64,000 nucleotides of DNA, from IMG/VR virus record IMGVR_UViG_3300009158_000031, positions 124,001-188,000 of that record; one strand, written 5' to 3'. A program made the position numbers and the translations under genes. The notes under the pieces were generated by a model, which saw only the letters and a list, made by a program, of their open reading frames with translations, had not been told where the DNA came from and did not search any database. Below are positions 9,921 to 18,567 of this stretch, piece after piece (positions within the stretch are counted from its first letter, which is position 1; each line of letters starts with the position of its first letter).

Positions 9921-10526
9921 ATGAAAAATTACATAAACACATTTGAAGGCTTCTTAAATGAATCTAAATACAAAGGAAATATCTCAGGAGATTCTGCTGA
10001 ATATATTGCTAAAGAAATGTCACAATATGTTAAAGGCATAATTAAACAGCCTAATGATAATGTTACTTACTTCCATTTAAAAGATAAATCCGGCAAATCA
10101 AAAGTTATTAAAACCTTATTAGATGTTTATGGATTAGAAGCAGTAGATGGTGGAAATCAATTTTCTCCATCACCTACTATTAAATTTGATAACGATCAAC
10201 TTCTTGAATCCCTTAGATCAGGTCCTAATGATGCTAAAATATATCCCATTAAAAAAGGAAGTGATCCAGAAGATCTTCTTTCCGGTAGATCTAGAGGATC
10301 ATGGGTAAGTTCAAAAACCATTAATGATATATTAGACGTTTTTGGTAAGGAAATGACCATTTATAAAGGTGACGAAATCACAGAATTCCTTCAAGTTAAT
10401 AGCCGAGATAATAGTGACATATATAAAATAGTTAGACGAGATTTAAGAGGACCTAGAACGGTTGGTTATATCCCTTCATATTATCAGAATTTTGACCAAA
10501 CCGAAGAAATAAACAATACTCGTTAA
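9921..10526 (+). CDS. Putative internal head protein (CTS 3)
   Basis: MKNYINTFEGFLNES; a possible second internal site at QLLES. Confidence 0.65.
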   Translation: MKNYINTFEGFLNESKYKGNISGDSAEYIAKEMSQYVKGIIKQPNDNVTYFHLKDKSGKSKVIKTLLDVYGLEAVDGGNQFSPSPTIKFDNDQLLESLRSGPNDAKIYPIKKGSDPEDLLSGRSRGSWVSSKTINDILDVFGKEMTIYKGDEITEFLQVNSRDNSDIYKIVRRDLRGPRTVGYIPSYYQNFDQTEEINNTR

Positions 10527-10527
10527 T

Positions 10528-11010
10528 ATGAAAAACCACATAAACACATTTGAAGGATTCTTAAATGAAGCTCGATTAAATGAAAGCAAACCTGCTATGA
10601 TGTACTATGTAGTAGCCAAGGATGTCATTAAGGATAGAAGACTTAAAGTATATCCTGAAAACATCGAAAGACTTTTGAACAACTTACAAGCAGACGGACA
10701 TTTATCATATGATGCAACGATAACATCAGATGCAAAGAAAGATATTGAAAACGCATTAGATAAGTTAGACTTGAAAGGGAATGAATTGCTTTCATATGCA
10801 AGAAAAGGCATGAAGTACGAAAGTGAAGATGTTAATGAAGCCAATCAAATTAAAGTTGGAACTTTTGTTAGATACAAAAAAGACGAAGATTTTACTGGTG
10901 GTAAGATCAAATCTATAAGTTCTGGTAAAGCAGAAATACATAATTGGGATGGTTCAACAACAGAACTTCCACTTAAAGATCTTGAATATATTGAGTCTTG
11001 GAATAATTAA
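10528..11010 (+). CDS. Putative internal head protein, two modules (CTS 4)
   Basis: MKNHINTFEGFLNEARLNE; internal EDVNE followed by a small SH3/Tudor-like beta module (IKVGTFVRY..GKIKSI..AEIHNWDG). Confidence 0.65.
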   Translation: MKNHINTFEGFLNEARLNESKPAMMYYVVAKDVIKDRRLKVYPENIERLLNNLQADGHLSYDATITSDAKKDIENALDKLDLKGNELLSYARKGMKYESEDVNEANQIKVGTFVRYKKDEDFTGGKIKSISSGKAEIHNWDGSTTELPLKDLEYIESWNN

Positions 11011-11013
11011 AAT

Positions 11014-11421
11014 ATGAAACCTATCAAACTATATAAAGAGTTTATTAATGAGGCAAAAGACGTTGATTCGGCAATGAAGAAAATCGATGATTTGCCAAAA
11101 GGATCAACCTTTGAAGATGCCAAAAGAATAGATCGTATTTTTGATATCAGTAAACATAGTTGGAGTGAGGTTGTGGAAACTTTTGAAAAGAATCAAAAAT
11201 CCGCAAAGATTAAACCGATAAATATAAAAGACATACAAATAACTCAACCAAATATCCAGAGCAATAAAGTGAAAGCCATGATTGAGAAATTTGATAAATT
11301 ACCTACAATTAATGCAGTTCAATTTCCGGATGGAATATCCATATATGATGGACATCATCGTCTATTAACTGCTTGGTCAATAGGAGAAACACGAATCAAA
11401 GTTAATCTTGTAAAAATATGA
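11014..11421 (+). CDS. CTS-bearing ParB/Sulfiredoxin-fold protein (CTS 5)
   Basis: MKPIKLYKEFINE, then INIKDIQITQPNI and IYDGHHRLLTA (ParB/Srx DGxHR motif). Confidence 0.7.
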   Translation: MKPIKLYKEFINEAKDVDSAMKKIDDLPKGSTFEDAKRIDRIFDISKHSWSEVVETFEKNQKSAKIKPINIKDIQITQPNIQSNKVKAMIEKFDKLPTINAVQFPDGISIYDGHHRLLTAWSIGETRIKVNLVKI

Positions 11422-11648
11422 AACACCTACACACATACAAAGAGTTCTTATTCGAGTCAACGATTTCCGAAATGAAGATAACTTCAGTTGGCGTTAAAGA
11501 GATTCTTAAGAAGCTTTATGACGATGCTAAACTTACAAAAGCATTACATTTTAAAAACTTCCGAGATGCACTCGATTCTATTCTTGGATATAGTCAAACG
11601 GAATTAGAAGAATTAGAAACAGAGATAAAAGAACTAGAGCACGCTTAA
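11418..11648 (+). CDS. Putative internal head protein (CTS 6)
   Basis: MKHLHTYKEFLFESTISE. Confidence 0.6.
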   Translation: MKHLHTYKEFLFESTISEMKITSVGVKEILKKLYDDAKLTKALHFKNFRDALDSILGYSQTELEELETEIKELEHA

Positions 11649-11670
11649 GATAATTTAAAAAATAAAAAAC

Positions 11671-12501
11671 ATGAAACATACACAAACATTCAAAGAGTTC
11701 TTAAATGAACAAGAAGAGATACTTAATGAAGATAGTTCTCTTGCACTTATGGTAATACTGCAAGCGGCTATAGTTAATGGACTTCTAATAGGTCAAATGG
11801 CGGCTAGTGGTGGTGGAGATGGCTTTCATCCTATCGATGATTTAAAAGCTTGGTGGGCGAAACGTAAAAAAGATAAAGCTGTAAAAAGTATTGTTGATAA
11901 ATTAAAAGAAGATCCTGAAGTTTTAGCCTTTTTGAAAATGTCAAATTGGGCACAAAAAGGAAAATGGTATAAACTTATTGAACCTAAACTTAATGACGAA
12001 GAGAAAAAATATCTAAAAAGTATTTCAAGAACTCCATTTATGAATGAGGAAGTTAATGAAAATTCCGCAATCCTTCTTGATCTTTCTGATAAGCAGTTGG
12101 CACTTTCTATAAAGGCTAAATTACCAGCCAAGTATAAAAAAGATACGAAGACTTTAATATACAATGCTCCATATTCAATGGTTTCTCATGGTGCTAAACT
12201 TACAAACCTTCCAACTCCTTCACGAGTATATCAATTGGAAAAAATGAATGAAACTTATAGAGGATCTGATAATTGGATATCTTTATCTTCATTAGCTATT
12301 GTACAAGATACAACCAATCAAGTTACTTTTGTAATTGTATATGAAGAATTTGATCCAATTCAATTTGATGAAATAAAATCAAATAAAGATTTGTACAAAG
12401 AAGAGGATTATAAAGACGAAAAAGATTTGCTTAAAAAGATGCAAACTTGGTTTGCTTATTCTGAAAAGGTCTTTAAAGAAGTAATAGAAGATCACTCATA
12501 A
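11671..12501 (+). CDS. Putative internal head protein, two modules (CTS 7)
   Basis: MKHTQTFKEFLNEQEEILNE; hydrophobic segment LALMVILQAAIVNGLLIG; internal FMNEEVNE linker. Confidence 0.6.
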   Translation: MKHTQTFKEFLNEQEEILNEDSSLALMVILQAAIVNGLLIGQMAASGGGDGFHPIDDLKAWWAKRKKDKAVKSIVDKLKEDPEVLAFLKMSNWAQKGKWYKLIEPKLNDEEKKYLKSISRTPFMNEEVNENSAILLDLSDKQLALSIKAKLPAKYKKDTKTLIYNAPYSMVSHGAKLTNLPTPSRVYQLEKMNETYRGSDNWISLSSLAIVQDTTNQVTFVIVYEEFDPIQFDEIKSNKDLYKEEDYKDEKDLLKKMQTWFAYSEKVFKEVIEDHS

Positions 12502-12512
12502 AAAAACATAAT

Positions 12513-12989
12513 ATGAAACATATACTCACATTCAAAAACTTCTTAAACGAGGAAAGAGTTTATGGAATGTTCAATGATTCTCAAGGAAAACCATCTAAAC
12601 TTTCACAAGAGATTTTAGATATTTGTCTAAAAGCACTACCTAAATATGTAATAGATAATATTGAATCAGTTGAAGCTTCCGGTTATTCTAAGACAAATTT
12701 AGCATCACCTCCTACGGTTAGTAATAAAGGTCAATCAAGAGGTGAAAATGATTATACGACTATTGTTCTAATATTCAAAAATCCAATGGGAAAATCTAAA
12801 ACAACTGAATTGACGGTTGGATTAAGAAAAAGAACTTCTGGACCAGGAACTGGTTATCTTGCGGTTAAACCTACTGCAAATGGTCATTATGTTTTACCTG
12901 AACATAGTGCCGCAATTGAATTTTATGATGCAGCGCCTGAAAGTTTAGCGGATTTATATAAGAGTACACTAGAAAAATTAATGAAATAA
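12513..12989 (+). CDS. Putative internal head protein (CTS 8)
   Basis: MKHILTFKNFLNEE. Confidence 0.65.
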   Translation: MKHILTFKNFLNEERVYGMFNDSQGKPSKLSQEILDICLKALPKYVIDNIESVEASGYSKTNLASPPTVSNKGQSRGENDYTTIVLIFKNPMGKSKTTELTVGLRKRTSGPGTGYLAVKPTANGHYVLPEHSAAIEFYDAAPESLADLYKSTLEKLMK

Positions 12990-12990
12990 T

Positions 12991-13353
12991 ATGAAACATA
13001 TACCAACATTCGATAATTTCCTAAATGAAGGAACCATCATGATTTTTCACTACTCAAAGAAATCTTCAGAGATTGATGGTGACGTGAAAGAATTACAGAA
13101 GAAAGCTCAAGAATTTATTAAAATCGCAAGAGACAAAGATTACAATATATCTTCTAACGATTCCGTACTTTATTTTCCAAATTTTAAATGGGCAGGAGGT
13201 AAACAAATCTTTGGACCATCATTAGGTATTAAAGCAGGATCAGAAACAATGCTAATTAATCCAATAGGCTCTGATAAAATAATCAAGATTAGCGAAGGCT
13301 TGCTTGTTCGTTTTGTAAAAGACGGCAGAATCGAATCATATAATTTATACTAA
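12991..13353 (+). CDS. Putative internal head protein (CTS 9)
   Basis: MKHIPTFDNFLNEG. Confidence 0.65.
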   Translation: MKHIPTFDNFLNEGTIMIFHYSKKSSEIDGDVKELQKKAQEFIKIARDKDYNISSNDSVLYFPNFKWAGGKQIFGPSLGIKAGSETMLINPIGSDKIIKISEGLLVRFVKDGRIESYNLY

Positions 13354-13354
13354 T

Positions 13355-13603
13355 ATGAAACATATACTCACATTCAAAAACTTCTTAAATGAAGGATTCA
13401 AGAAACCTTATAGCGAAAAAATGAGCCTTGAGGATTTTTCTGCTATAGAAGTTGGAAGTGAGGTTCTTTATGCTGGAGCAACTTACGAAGTGGTTAACAA
13501 CGATGGTGCAACTCTTCAATTAAAACCGGCTAAAGGTGCTAATGGTAAAGCGACTAAAGTTAATTTCTCAATGTTTAATGTTGCTGGAGCAATCCGCGAT
13601 TAG
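13355..13603 (+). CDS. Putative internal head protein (CTS 10)
   Basis: MKHILTFKNFLNEG; SH3-like cargo (IEVGSEVLYAGATYEVV). Confidence 0.65.
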   Translation: MKHILTFKNFLNEGFKKPYSEKMSLEDFSAIEVGSEVLYAGATYEVVNNDGATLQLKPAKGANGKATKVNFSMFNVAGAIRD

Positions 13604-13688
13604 TTGAATCTTCATAAATTTCAAATCATATAATTAAAATTATAAGTCTAAGGATATGATCTGCTTATAGTAAAAAATATCATATGTT

Positions 13689-15050
13689 TTGAAATTAAGA
13701 CAAGGGTTATTATTCCTAAAATCTCTACACACAAGATCTAAATCCGATGAAGAAGTTCTTCAATGGATAGAATCTAGACGATCATTAGTTAAGCACACGA
13801 TTCAACAAATCGATCTTAATAAGCTAAATGGTTGGAATTTCTACGATCATAAGATAGAACATACTTCTGGTAAATTTTATCAGATTCATATTAGACGCAA
13901 TGAGTTAGATGGAAGGATTTGGGATCAACCAATAATCAATCAACCCGAAATTGGTATTCTTGGATTTATTACCAAACAAATCGATGACGTACTTCATTTT
14001 CTAGTTCAAGCTAAAATTGAACCAGGAAATATCAATATCGTTCAGTTATCACCAACCGTACAATCAACTAAAAGTAATTTCACTAAAGTTCATGGTGGTG
14101 CATTAACACCCTTTGTAGAATATTTCTTAAAAGGAGAATCTAGAATTTTAGTAGATCAACTACAATCCGAACAATCTAGTAGGTTCTTTCAAAAACGTAA
14201 TCGCAATATTATTATAGAAGTTGAAGATGAGTTATCTCATGAAAATTATTTATGGATGACTCTTGGAGATCTTGTTGCATTAACTAGATATCCTAATACT
14301 GTCAATATGGATAGTCGAACCGTTTTAAGTTGTATTCACTTTGGTTCATATTCATTTGAACATCTAGAACTAAGAGATTTTCTTGGTGGAATTTCACATG
14401 ATTCTGCTTGGATAGATTCACTACTTCGTAAAGATGTATATCAAAAATCCCATCCAGAAATTCTTTCATTAATTACCGATCTTAAATTTAGAAGAGAAGC
14501 TTTGACTAGGTTAATTTATCTTTCAGAATCACATGATTGGAATTTGATTGATGGTAAGATTGTTCATAAAGATGAAAAATATTTTGATGTAGTAGGTTAT
14601 CGAATATTTATTGAAAATCGAGAATCCGCTCAATGGGATCAACCTTTAATCCGACCTAAATCTACTGGAATATGTTGTTTCTTTGCTCGTAAATTTGAAG
14701 GAGTATTTCACTTACTAGTTCAGCTAAAAGATGAGATTGGATCTTTTGATGGTGTTGAAATGGCACCAACTATTCAAATGTCTGAAGAGAATTTAGATCT
14801 ATCGCCTTTCTTTGAATCGTATCAAAGACTAATAAATACAGATTCGGTTTTATTTGATGTTATGCAATCCGAAGAAGGAGGAAGATTTTATCAAGAACAA
14901 AACCGAAATATTATCATAGAAGTTAATGAAGAACTGGAACTTCCAAGAAATTATATTTGGATGACTCTTAATCAACTTAAAACATTCTTACAATATAACA
15001 ATTACGTAAATATTCAAACACGTTCAATTATGTCATCTTTACCTCTATGA
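13689..15050 (+). CDS. NDP-hexose 2,3-dehydratase (EvaA/SpnO/TylX3 family), TTG start
   Basis: Two-repeat architecture: WDQPIINQPEIGILGF..LVQAKIEPGN..QLSPTVQST..QSEQSSRFFQKRNRN, then WDQPLI..LLVQ..EMAPTIQ..QSEEGGRFYQEQNRN. Confidence 0.92.
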   Translation: MKLRQGLLFLKSLHTRSKSDEEVLQWIESRRSLVKHTIQQIDLNKLNGWNFYDHKIEHTSGKFYQIHIRRNELDGRIWDQPIINQPEIGILGFITKQIDDVLHFLVQAKIEPGNINIVQLSPTVQSTKSNFTKVHGGALTPFVEYFLKGESRILVDQLQSEQSSRFFQKRNRNIIIEVEDELSHENYLWMTLGDLVALTRYPNTVNMDSRTVLSCIHFGSYSFEHLELRDFLGGISHDSAWIDSLLRKDVYQKSHPEILSLITDLKFRREALTRLIYLSESHDWNLIDGKIVHKDEKYFDVVGYRIFIENRESAQWDQPLIRPKSTGICCFFARKFEGVFHLLVQLKDEIGSFDGVEMAPTIQMSEENLDLSPFFESYQRLINTDSVLFDVMQSEEGGRFYQEQNRNIIIEVNEELELPRNYIWMTLNQLKTFLQYNNYVNIQTRSIMSSLPL

Positions 15051-16000
15051 AAGTAGCTATTCTAAATTGTTCAGATATTGCAAAACGAAGAATGATTCCG
15101 GCATTTCAGGCAATACCTGAAGTTGAAGTTTCTATCGTATGTAGCCGAGATATTCGTAGAGCTAAACAATATGCTGAAGAATTTGGAATCCCAAAATATA
15201 CGGATAATCCAGATGAAATTATTGGAGTTGATCTAGTTTATATTTCATCTCCTCCATCTGAACATTTTGATGCGATTAAAACATTTATAAAGAGAAAAAT
15301 TAATATTCTTTGCGAAAAATCTCTTACCATAGATGCATATCAAACAACCTATCTAATTAATCTAGCCGATAAACAAGGAGTTCTTATACAAGAAAATTAT
15401 GGATTTCCTTTTCATACTCAGTGGAAATGGATAAAAGAAAACCTAAATAAAATAGGAGATCTTCTTTACATAAGAAGTGGATTTGAATTTCCTCCAAGAA
15501 ATACCGAAACAGATTTTCGTTACAAATCTGCTCTCGGTGGTGGTGCTCTTTTCGATGCCGGTGGATATCCTATTAAATTAGCCTCTTTATTATTGGGAAC
15601 TCCTCAAAAACTTGATGCAGTTACTCATATATCAAAATCACTTGATATTGATCTTTCTGGAAGAACATTTATTATTGATGAAACTGGAAAATCTGCATTT
15701 TTAACTTGGAGTTTTGAATCTACTTATCGTTGTGATGTAGAAATTGTAGGAACTCAAGGAACAATTAAAGCTGGTAAGATATTTACTCCTAGAATTGATG
15801 AACATGTTGAAGTGTCAATTTCACTTATTGGAGAGCCGGTAGAAAGACAACAATTTGTTTGCGATCATTTCGTTGAACTTATTCGAGATTTTATAAATAG
15901 AATAAAGATTAAAGATAACTCTCATCATAAAAGTATATTAAAACAATCAAAATGGCAAACATATGTATCGTCTACTAGTATCAGAACCTTCACTAACTAA
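15047..16000 (+). CDS. Gfo/Idh/MocA oxidoreductase, likely NDP-sugar 3-ketoreductase (SpnN/KijD10-like)
   Basis: CSDIAKRRMIPA, ILCEKSL, GGGALFDAGGYP; coupled to the 2,3-dehydratase by an ATGA overlap. Confidence 0.82.
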   Translation: MKVAILNCSDIAKRRMIPAFQAIPEVEVSIVCSRDIRRAKQYAEEFGIPKYTDNPDEIIGVDLVYISSPPSEHFDAIKTFIKRKINILCEKSLTIDAYQTTYLINLADKQGVLIQENYGFPFHTQWKWIKENLNKIGDLLYIRSGFEFPPRNTETDFRYKSALGGGALFDAGGYPIKLASLLLGTPQKLDAVTHISKSLDIDLSGRTFIIDETGKSAFLTWSFESTYRCDVEIVGTQGTIKAGKIFTPRIDEHVEVSISLIGEPVERQQFVCDHFVELIRDFINRIKIKDNSHHKSILKQSKWQTYVSSTSIRTFTN

Positions 16001-17045
16001 CTTCGAAGAATTTGCAAATATTGCAAAAGAAGTTTGGGCAAGTGGAATCCTAACGCACAATGGACCTAAGGTCAAAGAACTCGAACATCGGTTAAAAGAA
16101 CAATGGCAGATACCTCATCTATCATTAGTTACAAATGGAACTATTGCACTTGAAGTTGCAATGAGAGCTCTAGAACTTCCTAAAGGAAGTGAAATTATTA
16201 CAACTCCATTTACCTGGATTGCAACTGCATCAGCTATTCAATGGCAAGATTATGAACCTATTTTTGTTGACGTTGATCCAAATACTCTTAATATAGATCC
16301 GGCTAAAATTGAAGAAAAAATAACAGATAGAACATCTGCTATTTTAGCGGTTCATGTATTCTCGAATCCATGTGATGTAGATTCTATTCAAGAAATTGCA
16401 GATCGTCGAGGTCTACGAGTTATTTATGATGGTGCTCATGCAGTTGGTGTAAAATATAAAGGAGTAGATCTTTCTCAATTCGGTGATATTACAACTCATT
16501 CATATCATGCAACTAAAATTTATAATAGTGGAGAAGGTGGATCGATTATTACTAGAAATCCAGAGTTAGCTAAAAGAATTGATCGTCTTCGCTTCTTTGG
16601 ACATAATGAAAAGAAAGATATTGTACATGAAGGAACTAATGCTAAAATGCATGAAATCTCTGCTGCAATTGGATTAGCTAATTTAAAAATGTTACCTAAA
16701 ACAATTATGCATAGAAAACTTTTAACTCTTATGTATAAACATAGAATGGAAGGTTTACCGGTTAGATATCAAGCAATCAGCAACGACTCTTATAATTTTT
16801 CATATTTCCCCATCATATTTGAAACAGAAGAACAATGTCTTAAAGTGTATGCGGCATTAGATGCTATTAAAATTATGCCTCGTAGATATTTCTATCCATC
16901 AGTTAACGAATTCAAAATCTTTGATCCTCAATCATGTCCTATTAGCGAAGATATTTCTAGACGAATTCTTTGTCTACCATGTCACGATGGTGTGAAGCTT
17001 ATGGATGTCGATGAAATCTCACACACAATAATCAAAACTTTCTAA
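15963..17045 (+). CDS. vioA: DegT/DnrJ/EryC1 PLP aminotransferase, VioA-like sugar 4-aminotransferase
   Basis: VTNGTIAL, IYDGAHA, SYHATKIYNSGEGG (catalytic Lys retained), GTNAKMHEISAAIGL, RRYFYP. Confidence 0.85.
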   Translation: MYRLLVSEPSLTNFEEFANIAKEVWASGILTHNGPKVKELEHRLKEQWQIPHLSLVTNGTIALEVAMRALELPKGSEIITTPFTWIATASAIQWQDYEPIFVDVDPNTLNIDPAKIEEKITDRTSAILAVHVFSNPCDVDSIQEIADRRGLRVIYDGAHAVGVKYKGVDLSQFGDITTHSYHATKIYNSGEGGSIITRNPELAKRIDRLRFFGHNEKKDIVHEGTNAKMHEISAAIGLANLKMLPKTIMHRKLLTLMYKHRMEGLPVRYQAISNDSYNFSYFPIIFETEEQCLKVYAALDAIKIMPRRYFYPSVNEFKIFDPQSCPISEDISRRILCLPCHDGVKLMDVDEISHTIIKTF

Positions 17046-17046
17046 G

Positions 17047-17661
17047 ATGCATGTAGTTATTGGAGCTAATGGATTAGCTAAACAAGTACTTCCTTTATAC
17101 GACGCAAATCCTAGAGTTATCTTCTTTGATGATACTGAAAATGCAGGAGAGAACCTATATGAACATAAAATTGCACATGATCTTAAATGGGTAAAAGAGT
17201 ATACGTCAATTGGCGAGACAGTAAATTTCTCAATTTGTATAGGAAATCCTAAATGGCGTGAGTATTTTTATTATCTTCTGGTTGATATGGGAGCCACACC
17301 AATTAATATCTTATCGGAATTATCCTCCATTCAAGAGAGATCCGAGATTGACACAGGGAATATCTTTTTAGACTACACTTTAGTAGAAACCGATGTAAAA
17401 ATTGGAAAAGGAAACCTTATAAATTGCTATGCCGGTTTATTTCATGATTCTCAAATAGGAGATTTTAATGAGATTATGCCAGGAGCTAAAATTCTAGGAG
17501 GAGCTAAAATAGGTAACTCTTGTAGAATAGGAACGAATGCAACAATTCTTCCACAAATACATATTTGCTCGAATGTAGTAATTGGAGCTGGAGCAGTGGT
17601 TACTAAAAATATTACTGAACCAGGAACATATATTGGAATTCCTGCAAGGAAGCAAGGATAA
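17047..17661 (+). CDS. NeuD/PglD/VioB-like sugar N-acetyltransferase (left-handed beta-helix)
   Basis: VVIGANGLAK Rossmann-like N-terminus; hexapeptide repeats; ends GAGAVVTKNI..GTYIGIPAR. Confidence 0.88.
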   Translation: MHVVIGANGLAKQVLPLYDANPRVIFFDDTENAGENLYEHKIAHDLKWVKEYTSIGETVNFSICIGNPKWREYFYYLLVDMGATPINILSELSSIQERSEIDTGNIFLDYTLVETDVKIGKGNLINCYAGLFHDSQIGDFNEIMPGAKILGGAKIGNSCRIGTNATILPQIHICSNVVIGAGAVVTKNITEPGTYIGIPARKQG

Positions 17662-17684
17662 ATAACAAAATACAACATATATTA

Positions 17685-18566
17685 ATGGAATTTTTAAAGT
17701 ACAACAACTTCATTCTTAATGAGCAATCTAAATGGGTTAATTTAGACACTATTAATGAAGCTGCACTTACGGCTACTCCAGATAAAAGCGTTAAGTTTGG
17801 TATTTGTATTACCACTTACAAAATTGATGCTGGTGGTAGACAAAATCACATGTCCACCGAAAAAGTTCTGAGAGAATGTTTAGAGTCAGTTAAAACACAG
17901 AGTTGGCCAGAATGGAAAGTCTATATTATGGGAGACGCATATCCACAAGAAGAATGGCCGGAAATTGAAAAACTTGCTGCATCTATCGTTCCAAAAGATA
18001 AACTTTGGATGGATAATCTAAAAACACCAGGAGAAAGAGACAAATATGATGGATCTATTCCACATCTAACAGGAGGAAATACGGCAGCAAACGTGACCAT
18101 CGCTCAAATGAAAAAAGATGGCATTAAGTATTTTGCACGTCTTGACCATGATGATGCTTGGAAAACCGATCATTTAAAAACTCATGCTACTGCTTATACA
18201 CAATTCCCAGAAGTTGTTTATAGTTTAACACAAGCTCGCAAGAAAAGAGTAAAAGGAGATGCCGGATCTTACATGTATTTTCCTGACAAAGGAACATATG
18301 AGAATTCTGAAAATAATTACACATTAGGTCTTGGTGGACAATGTCATTCAGCAATGACTTGGAAATTAGAACCTTTAAAATATATCAAGTATCGTACTTG
18401 GGATCAACAAAAAGCGACACAACCTCGTAGAAAAGAGTGCTTCCCTGGCGATTGGGATAATACTGAAAGAATTAAAAGAATTGTAGAAGATGAAAATAAT
18501 AAACACTCAATGATTTTTGTTCCTAAATTAACTGTAAAATATCGTAACTCTGAAGGAAAATTTTAA
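17685..18566 (+). CDS. GT2-like glycosyltransferase with N-terminal CTS
   Basis: MEFLKYNNFILNE..TINE leader; GICITTY, CLESVKTQS, IMGD, YFARLDHDDAW (DxDD). Confidence 0.75.
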   Translation: MEFLKYNNFILNEQSKWVNLDTINEAALTATPDKSVKFGICITTYKIDAGGRQNHMSTEKVLRECLESVKTQSWPEWKVYIMGDAYPQEEWPEIEKLAASIVPKDKLWMDNLKTPGERDKYDGSIPHLTGGNTAANVTIAQMKKDGIKYFARLDHDDAWKTDHLKTHATAYTQFPEVVYSLTQARKKRVKGDAGSYMYFPDKGTYENSENNYTLGLGGQCHSAMTWKLEPLKYIKYRTWDQQKATQPRRKECFPGDWDNTERIKRIVEDENNKHSMIFVPKLTVKYRNSEGKF

Positions 18567-18567
18567 T

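Larger units (their letters stand above)
9186..10569 (+). repeat. Four near-identical 42-bp CTS-coding repeats at 9186, 9455, 9921 and 10528
   Basis: Consensus atgaaaaa(t/c)(t/c)acataaacacatttgaag(g/a)nttcttaaatgaa; the 9455 and 9921 copies differ at one base. Confidence 0.95.
12509..13389 (+). repeat. 39-bp perfect direct repeat spanning two CTS gene starts (12509-12547 and 13351-13389)
   Basis: Both copies read taatatgaaacatatactcacattcaaaaacttcttaaa. Confidence 0.95.

Noticed and set aside
9186-13389. Regularly spaced 39-42 bp repeats as a possible CRISPR array
   Set aside because: The repeats are in-frame gene starts separated by 230-830 bp of coding sequence, they are not palindromic, and no cas operon is present.
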